Assembly (NCBI RefSeq): GCF_006345805.1
Contig: NC_043001.1
Span: forward strand, 66,712,001-66,776,000
Direction: 5' to 3'
Source: Octopus sinensis
Taxonomy: Eukaryota
Length of the DNA stretch: 64,000 nt
The notes beneath the pieces are model-generated. The model was not told where the DNA came from. It did not search any database and was given only the letters and a program-made list of their open reading frames with translations. Numbering within the stretch: position 1 is the stretch's first letter; each line of letters starts with the position of its first letter. The translations under genes were made by a program, and so were the position numbers. Of the stretch, positions 40,729-53,042 are shown one piece after another.

Positions 40729-42078
40729 CATTAAGAGATTTGACTGTTAATTCTAACTGGTTTTACTTTGTTTAGATGTATCCTTGTTAGCCTATTACAT
40801 GGTAAAAGACATGATTGTGCAATTAAGAATGTTTCTGGGTTCAATCCCATTATGCAGCATCACTTTGAATGAGTGTCTTCTTTCATAATATCTGATGACT
40901 AATACTTTATGAATGATACTTGGTAGATGGAAACTGTATAGAAACCCATCATGTTTGTGTGAATGTGTCTATATGCACATCAATGTGAGATTGTTGCTAA
41001 ATCAATGTGTTGAACATTAGATATATACTGTAGTCAGTTCAGTACTCCTCCTTAACATGTTTATGGTCAAGGACCAATCTAGAAAATCATCATCATCATA
41101 ATTCTATCACCACCTTCCTTTACCACCACCACCTCCTCCTCCTCATCCGCCCCTCTTCCTCTTCCTCCTCCTCCTCATCATCATCATCAACAATGGTCTT
41201 TCTTTGCAACATATCTTTGTATCCCTGTTTTATCATTCTGTCGACATTTTGCTGTGAAGTGTAAACAAGTATAAATTTGTTTTTATGTGTCACCTGTAGG
41301 TATTAACACTCATATATTACTCACACACACACAGATTAAATATTAACCAAAATACTTGATATATCTGAAGATAATTACCATCAGAGTCCTTTAGAATAGT
41401 TTCCAGATTTACCAAAATTCCTTCACTAAAGATTGGTAATAGTTTTAAAACCCTTTCACTTCAAAGCAATAATGCCAATCTCTATTTCACACTTGAAAGA
41501 AGTTTAGCCATTTATTATTGATCATATTGCTAATAAAACATACTGCTTCCTGTGTGTTTTAAATGATTTTGAAAACTAAAAATTTGGTAGAATTTAAAAT
41601 AATTAGCATTTTAATTATTACATCTCATATTTGGAACAAAATTTAGTAAAAAGTTTTTACATAAAATTATGGTTGAGTGTTTTAATTTAAATACAAACAC
41701 TCTAAAACTGTTTTGTGTTGAAGAACTGGCGGCTGGAGGTGGTCTCTGTTAAACCAGTGTCAGAAGGATTTTATGACTATACTAGACTAATCAAAATTAT
41801 GATATTTCATATTTATTATCCTCCTTCGAAACTAATTTTCAAAATGCTAATTTTTAAGAAGTACTCATTAACAATAAAAGTGAATATTCGAGATTGAACA
41901 ATACAACAGTGTGTGTGTGGTGTGTGTGTGCATGTGCATGTGTGTGTATGTGTCTCAGATATGTGGGTCTCTGGTGGTCCTTGTGTAAGGTTTAAATTAC
42001 ATGCAGTCGACTGAGATATTTATATGTATATATATATATATTTATATGTATATATATATATATATATATATTTATATG

Positions 42079-42110
<32 letters not shown>

Positions 42111-42115
42111 TATAT

Positions 42116-42453
42116 CGCAAACTTACAAGAAAACTGAAGGAAGGTAAAATATACCCTATTCATAAAGGAGGTAGCAGACGGCGGCCAAGAACTACAGACC
42201 TATCTCTCTGACCTCACACATCAGCAAGGTCATGGAACGAATAGTCAGAAGGAAACTAATCACCTTCCTTGAAGAAAATGACTTGCTGCCTGACACCCAA
42301 CATGGTTTCCGACCAGGAAGAAGCTGCCTAACTCAGCTCCTACAACTCTATGACTGGGTGCTGAAACGACTGCTCAACCACTCAAATGTGGAAGTGATAT
42401 ATCTCGACTTTGCAAAGGTCTGTGATAAAGTCGATCATGGAATGATATGTCAC
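42116..42453 (+). mobile_element. Internal RT fragment of the same CR1-group family
   Basis: 'MERIVRRKLITFLEENDL..QHGFRPGRSC..YLDFAK' nearly identical to 31014-31268; preceded by (TA)n. Confidence 0.92.
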
Positions 42454-43561
42454 TTTATTCACTTTAGCACATTTCAAATGCCTTGACAAGCCAAATCTAT
42501 TTATACATAGTAGGTTGTATGTTTAATTAGGTTATTAATTAATCAGTTAATCAATCAGCTTATAGAACAGTTGTCTTCTAAGGCATTCTTCTCAAAGACC
42601 TGAGATTTATTTTAGGGTCAATTACTGATCAATAGGGTCATCCACGGGCTTTGCATCTTCGAAAATGTATGGAATAAGAGAGCCCTTATTTGAAAAATAG
42701 GTATAGGTTAGTGATAAGAAGGGAATCCACCTGTTAAACAGTGCCTCGATAGTTGATACTTCCCATCCATGTTAGCATAGGGAGAAAAGTACAGATGTAA
42801 CCCTCTCCCATTTTAAAGTGTAATAGTTGTATCTGTAGTTCCATTAGTGTTGAGTTGTCTATCTTTGGATGAGTATTTCTTAATTAGATATGTGTCTTTA
42901 ATGAAGTTGTCTGGTGAGTGAATCAAATAGGGGTTAAAATGGATGGTAAAGTGGAATGGGAGCTGTTCTAGCAGTGGTAGAATGAAAAACAGCTTGATAA
43001 ATTGTATAGAAGGAAATACTTTGACAGATTAATAGAAGAAATAAAGATAAAACACATGGAGAATGTCTACACCTATAGCTACCCCTGCAGGTATGTGAGG
43101 GGCAGGAGTATCCTGTGCCAGATGTGTAAAAGTAGAATTACAGTGTAAGTCAGGATTGTATGGAACTGTTGGAAATGAAAAGATTTCGTTCCCAGAGAGA
43201 ATATCCAGGCCTTTGTGAGGCAATGTTTGCTTGTATGGAGAATGTTCAATCTCTCCATGAATGGTTGCTGTTGTTGTTGTTGGTGTTATTGTTTAATCCC
43301 AGGCTTGTTCTGGTTGAGGTCACTGTTGATCAAAAGGCATTCCACTCATGCCCATCTTTATTTCTCGGGATATATAGTATTACATTATTTTGTGTATTTT
43401 TCATTTTTTCAGATGGTAGGCTATTGGGTTAGTTAGAGATTGGCTGTTTAGTTAAGATAAGGGTATTGGTTAGAGGCGGGTTTTGGTTTCAAGAACATAT
43501 GTATACATATGCTCAGATCTGAAGATGATAAGGATTAAAAAGTATTTGATGTTGTAATAAC

Positions 43562-43608
<47 letters not shown>

Positions 43609-43907
43609 TCTCTGAGACATCAGGATGCGGGCCTCGGTGCTTCACTATATCATATCTTGTATTGCTTCAGCATTCTGAGCTCAGATCCAGTTGATGTTGA
43701 TAAAATAACTGCTAGCTCTATACACCATTCAATGCTATCAACTAAATCAAATATACACCCTGTTATATTTAAGAAATGATTTGAACCCAACAGTAATCAA
43801 TATATTATGTTATTTTTTTCTTCAGATTAATCTGTCAATACTCAATGCTAATGAAAACATAATTATTCCACTGATTCTTGTTGCAAAATGCATATATATA
43901 TATATAT

Positions 43908-44101
43908 GTAGGTCCCGGGTTGAGTCGGGGTTAACCACAGTAAATAAGGTACTCAATACATAGCAGAGTAAAGTAATTTATTTTATAGAAGGAGCTTCTA
44001 CAGGACTAGAACTGTTTCATTCAGATGAAATCTTCAGGAAGCTTCCTGAAGATTTCATCTGAATGAAACAGTTCTAGTCCTGTAGAAGCTCCTTCTATAA
44101 A
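43908..44101. mobile_element. Penelope-type terminus in inverted arrangement, containing a perfect 120-bp palindrome (43982-44101)
   Basis: Centre GGAAG|CTTCC; the longer minus-strand arm continues through AATAAA to a TA run. Confidence 0.75.
44040..44090 (+). ncRNA. Type I hammerhead ribozyme (mirror copy on the minus strand at 43993-44043)
   Basis: AGCUUC-CUGAAGA-UUUCAUCUGAAU-GAA-ACAG(UUCUAGUC)CUGU-A-GAAGCU. Intact core, 6-bp stem I, stem III, GUA cleavage triplet; stem II is short. Confidence 0.8.
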
Positions 44102-44671
44102 TGTTTTTTCTCTTTCTCTTTCTTTTTTTAAACATTTACAAGTTCTCTTTCTTTTTCCTTTTCTTTTCAACCATTTACGTCAGCGTCCTTTTTTCAAAAT
44201 TCAGCATTTGACAACACAACGTTTCTCTCTTTTTTTTTTTTACATTTAAACATCAAAGTTCAAAACATACAGAAAAACATTTACCAGAACATTTGTTTCT
44301 TAAATTCGTGCCTGCAACATTTTAGCTTCACAAATTCCCACTATAGTAGCCCAGCTTCTTCATGTATCTCTCTCTGCCCCTGTCCGGCTGTGACTGTCAA
44401 CTTCCTGACTATCTCTCGTCCTGTCATCTCTCTCACTGACTGTCTCTCTCTCTCTAGACCACGCTGCCCTTGTCCGGTGGACGCTCACAATGACCGCCTG
44501 TCTCTCTCTCACTGACTGACTCTTTAACTTAATGCTACCCGTATATATAATGTCGTCCCAACATTTTAATTTTTTAAAACTTTCCGTCACCGTATGGGGC
44601 CATTAATAATCATGTCTTGTCAAGGAGCATGATTATTAATGGCCATAGGCACTGATCTTTATATATATAGA
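44102..44671 (-). mobile_element. Possible 5' part of a non-autonomous Helitron-like element
   Basis: Minus strand begins TCTATATATATAAAGATC; 17-bp-stem hairpin at 44598-44644; no 3' CTAG end seen. Confidence 0.4.
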
Positions 44672-45010
44672 CATATTTTTTCCTATCTGCATCTGTTTTC
44701 TCTCTTCGTTCTTTTCTGTAGAAGAGTGTAGGCTAAGAATGTCAAAGACTCTTCCATTCTTCCTGAGCATCAAATTAATACATTTTGTTTATTGTTTCTT
44801 CACCTGTCTTGTTTTTTTGTACAATTTTGAACCATATAGACATACATACATTCATATATGGTTTGTTTTTGTGATGAGTTATAATATATATTAAATATAA
44901 CTTAAATAACAGTGCTACAAAGGCTAGCAGGCAGAAACTTCAAAGTTACTGTCACTGCATTTGTAAAAGTATAATGCGCACACACACACGCACGCACGCA
45001 CACACACACA

Positions 45011-45196
45011 CTAGTAAGCACATAAATGTGAAACAAGATGGAAAAATGAATACTCAAATACCAGAAGTAGAGTAATATGCTTTATTTAAAAGCAGCAGAA
45101 ATATAACAAAAGCTGTTACTCAGAGTTTCGTCGAATGGGAACGTGAAACTCTGAGTAACAGCTTTTGTTATATTTCTGCTGCTTTTAAATAAAGTA

Positions 45197-45244
<48 letters not shown>

Positions 45245-45288
45245 TACTTTATTTAAAAGCAGCAGAAATATAACAAAAGCTGTTACTC

Positions 45289-45291
<3 letters not shown>
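45011..45291. mobile_element. Penelope-type terminus fragments in triple inverted arrangement with the 3' half of a hammerhead
   Basis: ...GGGAACGT-GAA-ACTCTGAGT-A-ACAGC...AATAAAG on +; inverted copies at 45081-45129 and 45248-45291. Confidence 0.7.
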
Positions 45292-45326
<35 letters not shown>

Positions 45327-48139
45327 GTACATACACACCTTCCATTTAGCTCTCTCTTCCAGAGAGAAGAGAGAGCTAAATGTTATTTCTGTTAACATTT
45401 TGAAAGAGTGAAAAGTAAATTTCAGTAATGTTCTGCTCTGATGGTTTGTTCTCCTTCATCTAGGTTATATAATGAAGGAAACACATGTCAGAGTTATTTG
45501 TTGTAGAGAGTAGGTGTGTTGAGGTGAAAATAAAGTCCCTGGCATAGAGTAGCTACATATCGGCCATTTGATTATAAGTTTGTTGCTTATAGTAAGTAAG
45601 CTAACTTTTAGAGGAACCCAGTTAAATATTTGCAATAGAGCTGTGCCTAAGACACGCTTAAGTGAAACTCAAGTTGTTCTTTACATAAAGTCTGTTTTGA
45701 AAAGGAATTTTTTTTTCTTTGGTGAGATTCTATAATCTCATTCCTCTCACCCCAGTTTGAGTTAAAGGTGGTAGGGGGTCAGATTTAGCAAGAAAAGAAG
45801 TTTTGTTTATTGTTAGAGTTGAAGCATGCAACCAGACCAGCTTCCAGCTTTCTCCACTAAGCACATACATCGGCCTAAAAACACAAAACAGTAACTTGCT
45901 TCTTGTAAACAGCTCAGCCATGTTGTTGAATCTCTTAGAACTCTACAGTGGTTTTCCTTCTTTTTAAATCTCCCACTGATTTACTATTACTACAACAGGA
46001 TTCTTATTCTTTATGAAACAAGAATATAATTTTTCTTTATGTATGGCAAACCCTGTCCTCAATCACACTTTTCACCCACCCACTCCTCATAGGGGCTTAC
46101 GTAGTTGTTTAATGGACCAATGACCAGTCATATTTCTCAATGCCATCCTTTAAAACTCTGGACTTCAAGTACAATACACAACTTAAATGAAGATGGTTTC
46201 AGTGCTGACTCATACAACTATTACACTTCTTGACATGATTTCTAAGTCTCAATCAAAACATATGTGTGGTAATGCGCTTGGATGGCCCCAAATCTTTTGA
46301 TTGTCAAACATCCAACCAAAGGTCCGCTTAAGCAGAGATACTTGGGGTTAACCCTAACAAAAATCTATATCTACTGGGAAATCCTTTTTTTCTATACTGC
46401 CAGTCTCATATGACTAAAGTTTAGCCATGATTATTTTTGTAACATTGGTTTTATTTTGTAGTTTGGTGCTGTATTAGTGGTTAAAAAATATAGGAAGATT
46501 TCAGCTGCTAGCTAAAATGGAATTTATTCCCTCTATCCCAGCCTGCTAGCAGAATTTGATCCTTTGATTTACAGAAGCCTCTGCCACTTCTCTGCCATGT
46601 TATTTGTGTGGTTTGAATATGCATACTTAGCACAATACACCCTCTGTACACTCTCTTAAGCATAGGGTTGTGAAGACCTTTTAGTCTTGTCAAAGACATG
46701 GCATCATGAAGAACCCCCTCCCCATGCCCGTGTGAAGTGGTTGGTGTTAGGAAGAGCATTGAACCATAGAATAATGAAATGTCAATGAAACAAAATCCGC
46801 CAACATGTCTCAGAAAGCATCATCTCTCAAATATATGTGGATGCATCATAGTTATTGGTATGCTATTTAATGAGGTCATGGAACATATATGGATGCTAAA
46901 ATTACCTGTTAGCCAACAGTTTATAATTCTTGTAGATAATAAGGATTACTTGGAGAAAGCCATTTTTGTGGAAGAAACTGTGTTAATTGAAACAATATAT
47001 TATTGATTTTACTTTTTGAAAGTTAAAGTGGACTCTGGTTAGATTTGAGTTCAGAACTGACAGATGTCACTGTAAACATAATATGTAACCACAGACTTAT
47101 CTGTAATTCTAAGGGTCAATGGGTTCTCCTCAAGATTGTGTTGTGAAACTACACATATTAAACTCTTAGTTCTACAGCAGGCATTTATAAGTTAAAAAAT
47201 ATATCAATAATGTAGATTTCAGAAGAGAATACCTCATGCTATTTGTTTATGTTCCCTTATAGCTAAGTTCAAATCCCACCCACTTTACTTTTCCTCTCCC
47301 CAAATATAAAATAAGTACTAAACAAAGTCTTAGGATCAATATAATTAAGGAAAATCTTTGAAGGCGGTACCCCAGTATGACCACACACCAGTGACTGGAA
47401 ACTAGTTAAATATATAGTCAATATATAGTTAAACTATATATTGAAAGTCAGTGAATGTTTCCCTTCATTTTTGTGCGTTCACTGGCTCGAAACAAAAGCC
47501 TTACTTTTCATACAGACAGTAACATTTACTTGCAGTTCACTGCAAAAGCATGTTCTAGCTTCATGTTGCATGATCTTTGTAGCCAAGAGACTCATTTGAG
47601 CAGTGTCATTTATTTCCAGTTTTCCACATAAGTATGTCCAAGCTGGTTGTTGTTTTGTAAACTGGAAGATTATTACCTTACTTAGAAACAAGTCATTGAA
47701 AACAATGACTAAATGTAGTCTTATCTGATGCATGTGGTCATTAAGATGATAATATATATCTTCTATGTTTTATTAGTCCCTGTCATGCTGGGGCACCACA
47801 CCGAAGAATTTTAGTCAAATGAATCAATCTCAGTACTTTCATTGTTTAAGCCTATTATTTCTTTTACTGAACCACCAAGTTATGGGGTCTTAAACACACC
47901 AACACTGGTTATCAAACAGTGTTGGGAGACAATGCCAGGCCAAGGACTTTTGGAAACTGTCCATAATCACCAAACTGAAAATACTCAATAAAAGTCTACT
48001 CAGACTCTTCTTGTTAATGACCAGAATCACTCTCAGGCCATTGATATGTCCTCCACCAACTCTCTATAGCATGTGAAGGTTGGCTTTCCTCTAATCACAT
48101 TGTATTACTGGTTGAGTACAATAATAATATTAAAGGTGA

Positions 48140-48767
48140 TGATGGTTTTGAATTTAGGTACAAGGCCAACAATTTTAGGAGAGGGCATAAGTCAATTATA
48201 TTGCCTCCCAAAAGATGAATGGCAGAGCTTGCTTCAATGAAATTTGAACTCATAATGTAAAGAGCTGAAAAATGCCTCTATGCACTTTGACTGACTCGAG
48301 ATCAATTCCAGCAGCTTTCTGCCTTAATGTTAATGATAATAATAATAATAATAATAATGATAATAATAATAATAATAATAGTTTCAAACTTTGGCACAAG
48401 GCCAGCAATTTCAGGGGGAGGGGCTAAGTCAATTACATTGACTATAGTACTCAACTGGTACTTATTTTATCAACCCCAAAAGGATGAAAGGCAAAGTCAA
48501 ACTTGGCAGAATTTGAACTCAGAAAGTAAAGATGGACAAAATATTGCTAAGCATTTTGCCCTGCATTCTAACAACTCTACCAGCTCACTGCCTTTAATAA
48601 TAATAATAATAATAATAATCTTGATATGAGATCACCATGTCGCGCACATATGGTTGTGATGCATGTGCCTGGTGTACCTTTATCAGACGGGTAGTCATGA
48701 TGGGTATATTGGGCTTCGTATATTTTACCCCAGTGTCACTTTGATGGCATGAACTGCTCTCTCACTC

Positions 48768-48800
<33 letters not shown>

Positions 48801-48990
48801 TTAAAATTTTGGCACAACGCCAGCAATTTTTGTGGAAGAGTAAGTCGATTATATCAACCCATGTTCAACTGGTACTTATTTTATCAACCTTGAAAGGATG
48901 AAAAGTAAAGTTGACCTTGATGGAAGTTGAACTCAGAATGTAAAGAGTTGGAAGAGATACTGCTTAGCATTTTATCTGACCATCTAATAC
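48140..48990 (-). mobile_element. Tandem array of three SINE family A copies with (AAT)n spacers
   Basis: Reverse complement of the 11.4-12.1 kb units. Confidence 0.85.
48620..48800 (+). mobile_element. Short non-LTR 3' end with (TAA)n tail inserted in (TAA)n (Dong-like targeting)
   Basis: ~150-bp CpG-containing insert bounded by TAA repeats on both sides; no coding motif, so clade is inferred. Confidence 0.5.
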
Positions 48991-49380
48991 TAATGATGTT
49001 GATGAGAATGACCCATGAGCCTTGCCAAGGACATGACAACCTTCCTTGTCTTGTTCCTAGTTCACTTCATAAAGTGGTTGGTGATAGGAAGGGCATCCAA
49101 CCATAGAAAACATGTTAAAAGTGAAATGTATAAGCTAGATCAAGGCCTCACCTTGTCTGGGAGGGCATTAGCTCTGGATAAAAGCTGATTTGGTCTATGA
49201 TGAACCAATGCAATCCATGCTAAATGGGAAACTGGATGTAAAAATGACAGCAGTAATAGCCATGGCAGAGGTGACTATGAAGAAATTAAATATTTTGACA
49301 TCTTATTTTATTCTTACTAAATATTTTCTCTTCAATAAATCAATTTAAGAAAATCAATTAAACATTTCCTTCTTTTCCAG

Positions 49381-49487
49381 ATACAAAGAAATATGTGATA
49401 TATTTTTCTTACCAGTGATTTACAAGCAAAATGAATTCAATTTCTTCAAAAACTACTGTAAAACAACATATTGGACCAAATAAAATA
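49381..49487 (+). other. Candidate host-gene exon, possibly containing the start codon (MNSISSKTTVKQHIGPNKI...)
   Basis: Acceptor tttccttcttttccAG; donor GTAAGT at 49488; caaaATG at 49431 open for 19 codons to a phase-0 donor; lies in non-repeat DNA. Confidence 0.45.
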
Positions 49488-49797
49488 GTAAGTAAACAAT
49501 TTTACTCTCTATTCTTCTTCTTTCAGTTTCCTTTGTTCTTTGAACTTTGGTTTCAGAGATTCGAGTAGTTTCCTCACTAATGTTTTTTAATTAGTAATTT
49601 CAAGCATTAATTCTTACATTTAATAGGCACAGGTATGGATGTGTAGTTAAGCAGTTCACTTTGGTATTATGTGGTTAAGAGTTCAGTCTCACTCAATGAA
49701 CACTGTTGACTAGTGTCCTCTTCTATAGCTGCAGCTTGACCAATACCTTGTGAATGAAATTGGTAGAAAGAAACTGGAAGAAGCCTGTGTACACACA

Positions 49798-49842
<45 letters not shown>

Positions 49843-52800
49843 ACACACACACACACTTTTTCAATATACTAAGGAACAAAATGAAATATCCATAGATTTT
49901 AGAGCTCAATTTTTAACATAATGTTAGCTCCAATTTTTCATTACTTCAGTGCAATAGCAATAACAAGTATGATATTGCATTTAGTTTATAATTGACTGTG
50001 ATGACTTTAATGCTGAGAGCAAAACATATTAGAAAAGACAGATAACGCTGTGCAACTCAATTTTTGTCCTTCGGTAGCAACTGTTATTTCTTATTTGCTT
50101 ACTCCTAGAAGGTATGAAAAATGGCTAATATTTTCTTCAGACTTTGTTTGTTACATTTATTCAAACCCTAAAGAATCTTTCTCAACATATAGCTATGATG
50201 CTTCCTACTACTCCTGCTCATGATCAGTGTCAGCCACTAAGGGACATGCTTGTGATTATGATCAAGCAACTGACAAACAAATATTGAGCAGAATATTTGC
50301 TACAATGATATTTCAGCTTCAGAAACTTAGCACTGAATCTGTTCGGTCACATAAGCAAAGTTTAAAGGGTCACGGAGGCAAAATTTGAAAGGAATAGTAG
50401 TCATTTCCTTTGAATTGTAGATAGAAGCAAATAGGACTGACCAAAAAAAAAAAAAATTTTAATCTTGTTACACAGTGTAATAGAAAATGTCATTGATGTT
50501 TCAGAAACTTTTATTTCTTCTATGGCCATTTGAATTACACTCCCAAATGTTCGCAACCAAATCATTTTAAATAATAATTATTATAATTACATATAGGCAT
50601 GAGTGTGGCTGTATGATTAAGTTGCTTGCTTCCCAACCATGTGGTCTTGGGTTCAGTCTCACTGCATGGCATCTCGGGTAAGTGTCTTCTACTATAGCCT
50701 CAGGATAACTAAAGACTCGTGAGTGGATTTGGTTGATGGAAATTAAAAGAAGCCTATCATATATATATGTATGTGTTATTTGTGTGTGTATCCTTCTCTT
50801 GGAATTTCATGATGGTTGTATATGAGCATCATCATACAAGCAAGTTTCTAGTTTTCCCTGGAAAACAGCTAACTTCAGGAAAATTTGTTTGCTTGGAAAC
50901 ATGTGAGGGTTGACCACAGAAAGGACATCTGGTCTTAGAAAATCTGACTCAAAAACTCTGCCTGACCCATGCAAGCATGGAAAAGTGGATGTTTAATGAT
51001 GATGATGATTTAATAAAAAAGAGTTTTATTTGACATGTCATTTTATTAGGAATGTTTTCAAAATATGTCTGTCTGTGCATAGGTGTGTATGTGTATGTGA
51101 GTGACTGAGTGCATATTCTCTTTGTCTTGATGAGTATACTGATTGAAAAGGTGGTTTTGTGTGTTTGCAGTTCTCTAGAAAAACATGTCAAGGTTGTTCA
51201 TTGTTTGATAGTCTGAGCGATTTATTGCCTTGTTTAAAAACAGGAGGGTTGCTAACAAGAAAGGCATCTGGTCATAGAAAATTCTGCCTCAATGAAATCT
51301 TCTGTAAGCATGGAAAAGTACACTTTAAAATGGTGGTGATGATGATGGTACCTGTTAGTAGAGTTGGTAGTTATTGCATTTAAATGAGCTGAAACATATA
51401 AATTATTTCCCTCAGAGATGAAATGTTGTTTGGCTCTGGTTATCCCTGATTGAGTCAGGACTATAAAGACATTCCAGCCTTGACCATCTCATAATTTTTC
51501 TGTATCTAGGAATATTTTGTTCCATGTATTCCTCTCTTGTCAAGGAATTAAGGTATGATTTCAGTGAATTTGGCTGCTATTTCTAGCAATTTCAATAACT
51601 ATGTAAAGGTTTTTTCATTGATTTATCCACAGTTGAGTAATTGCTATTGGTAAAAAGCCATTAAGAAAATAGAGAATCTGCTCCAAATATTTTGAGTTCA
51701 AATCCTGTCAACATCAGCTTTGCTTTTCATTCTTCAGGGATCAATAAAATTTATAGTGGTCTGATTCAGTGTAATTTATTATTCCTTTCCTCCTAAAATG
51801 TAAGGACTTGGGTGTATTGTAGAAATCAAGAATAAGAGAAGTAACATTTCTATTAGAGTTAGAGGAGAATGGAAAAGGAAGTAACTGAGAAAACTATTGA
51901 ACTGGTGATTTGACAGTTGTTGAACAAAGATCATATGTTGAACAGTTCAGACTTTTGTACAGCCTTTAATGATACATTATTGTGACATGGACATTGAAAA
52001 ATAGTTCAGTTTTAAGGAATTTGAGAAGTTGGTAGACCAAGAATCAATTAGGAGCTGGCTGTCATTTTGTGTACGGGTTAAAATGGGGCACAGCCAACTA
52101 TTTATTGCAGAGAAGGTATATAATAACAAAAATATGACTGTCTATCAGACTTCCCACCTATAGAGACAGATAATTGTTGAGTATGAAAGACTCAGGTTGA
52201 TGTCTTAGTTGTAGAAGACTTGTTGATTATCTCCAAATGAAGTCTGACTGAGCTGATCAATGGTCAAAAATGATCAAACTATGACCATGTTGTCTTTTTC
52301 TCAAACATTACAACTATATTACCTAGTGTGTTCTTCCCTTTTCAAGACAATAGGATGTAATTTGAAGATGACTTTGATTTAACTGGGGGGTTTTCTATGA
52401 AATCAACCTCCTTTGCTGGAGTTGGTTCTTTGTTATTATTTTTGTTTCATGTTGTCTGAAATAAAATAATAAAAAATTCTATATGAATCTTTTTTCAATG
52501 ATGAACAAATGTCAATTAATTACTTGCAACATCTGTCTTATTTCCCCTTGTCGAGGATGGAAGTAACGAGCCATTAAAACTCTAATGTGAAACATCTGAT
52601 GGGAAGTTGTTATCAACATCAGTTCATCATCCAACACTGTTAGCTCTTTACTTTTCATAAAGTAAATAAATGAAAGGTTTTAAGTATAACATATTTCATT
52701 TCACATGACAACTGTTTAGTGTTGCTTTATTAGATTTCATTTATTTAACCCTGAAATATTGAGTTCACAAAACAAAAATATCCTCTACTTGATTTTTCAC

Positions 52801-53042
52801 ATGAAAAACAAATTAATTTAAAAACTTAATTTCTCCAATTTATGCAAAAATATTGTCTAACATATTTCCACCCACACAAACTGAAAAAGATTTCTGTGTA
52901 GCTGAAACACCTGCTACGTTTTGTTAAATCTGCTACAGATTAACTTTTCTCTTGGTTTTCCAAGGCCTCAGTTACCTCCCTTAAGTTACCTGTCAACCAA
53001 TTTGACAATTATATTTTTATGTAGTTATCATCATCATCTTAA

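Noticed and set aside
47418-47444. 13-bp-arm AT-rich palindrome
   Set aside because: Short and AT-rich; plausible by chance or slippage
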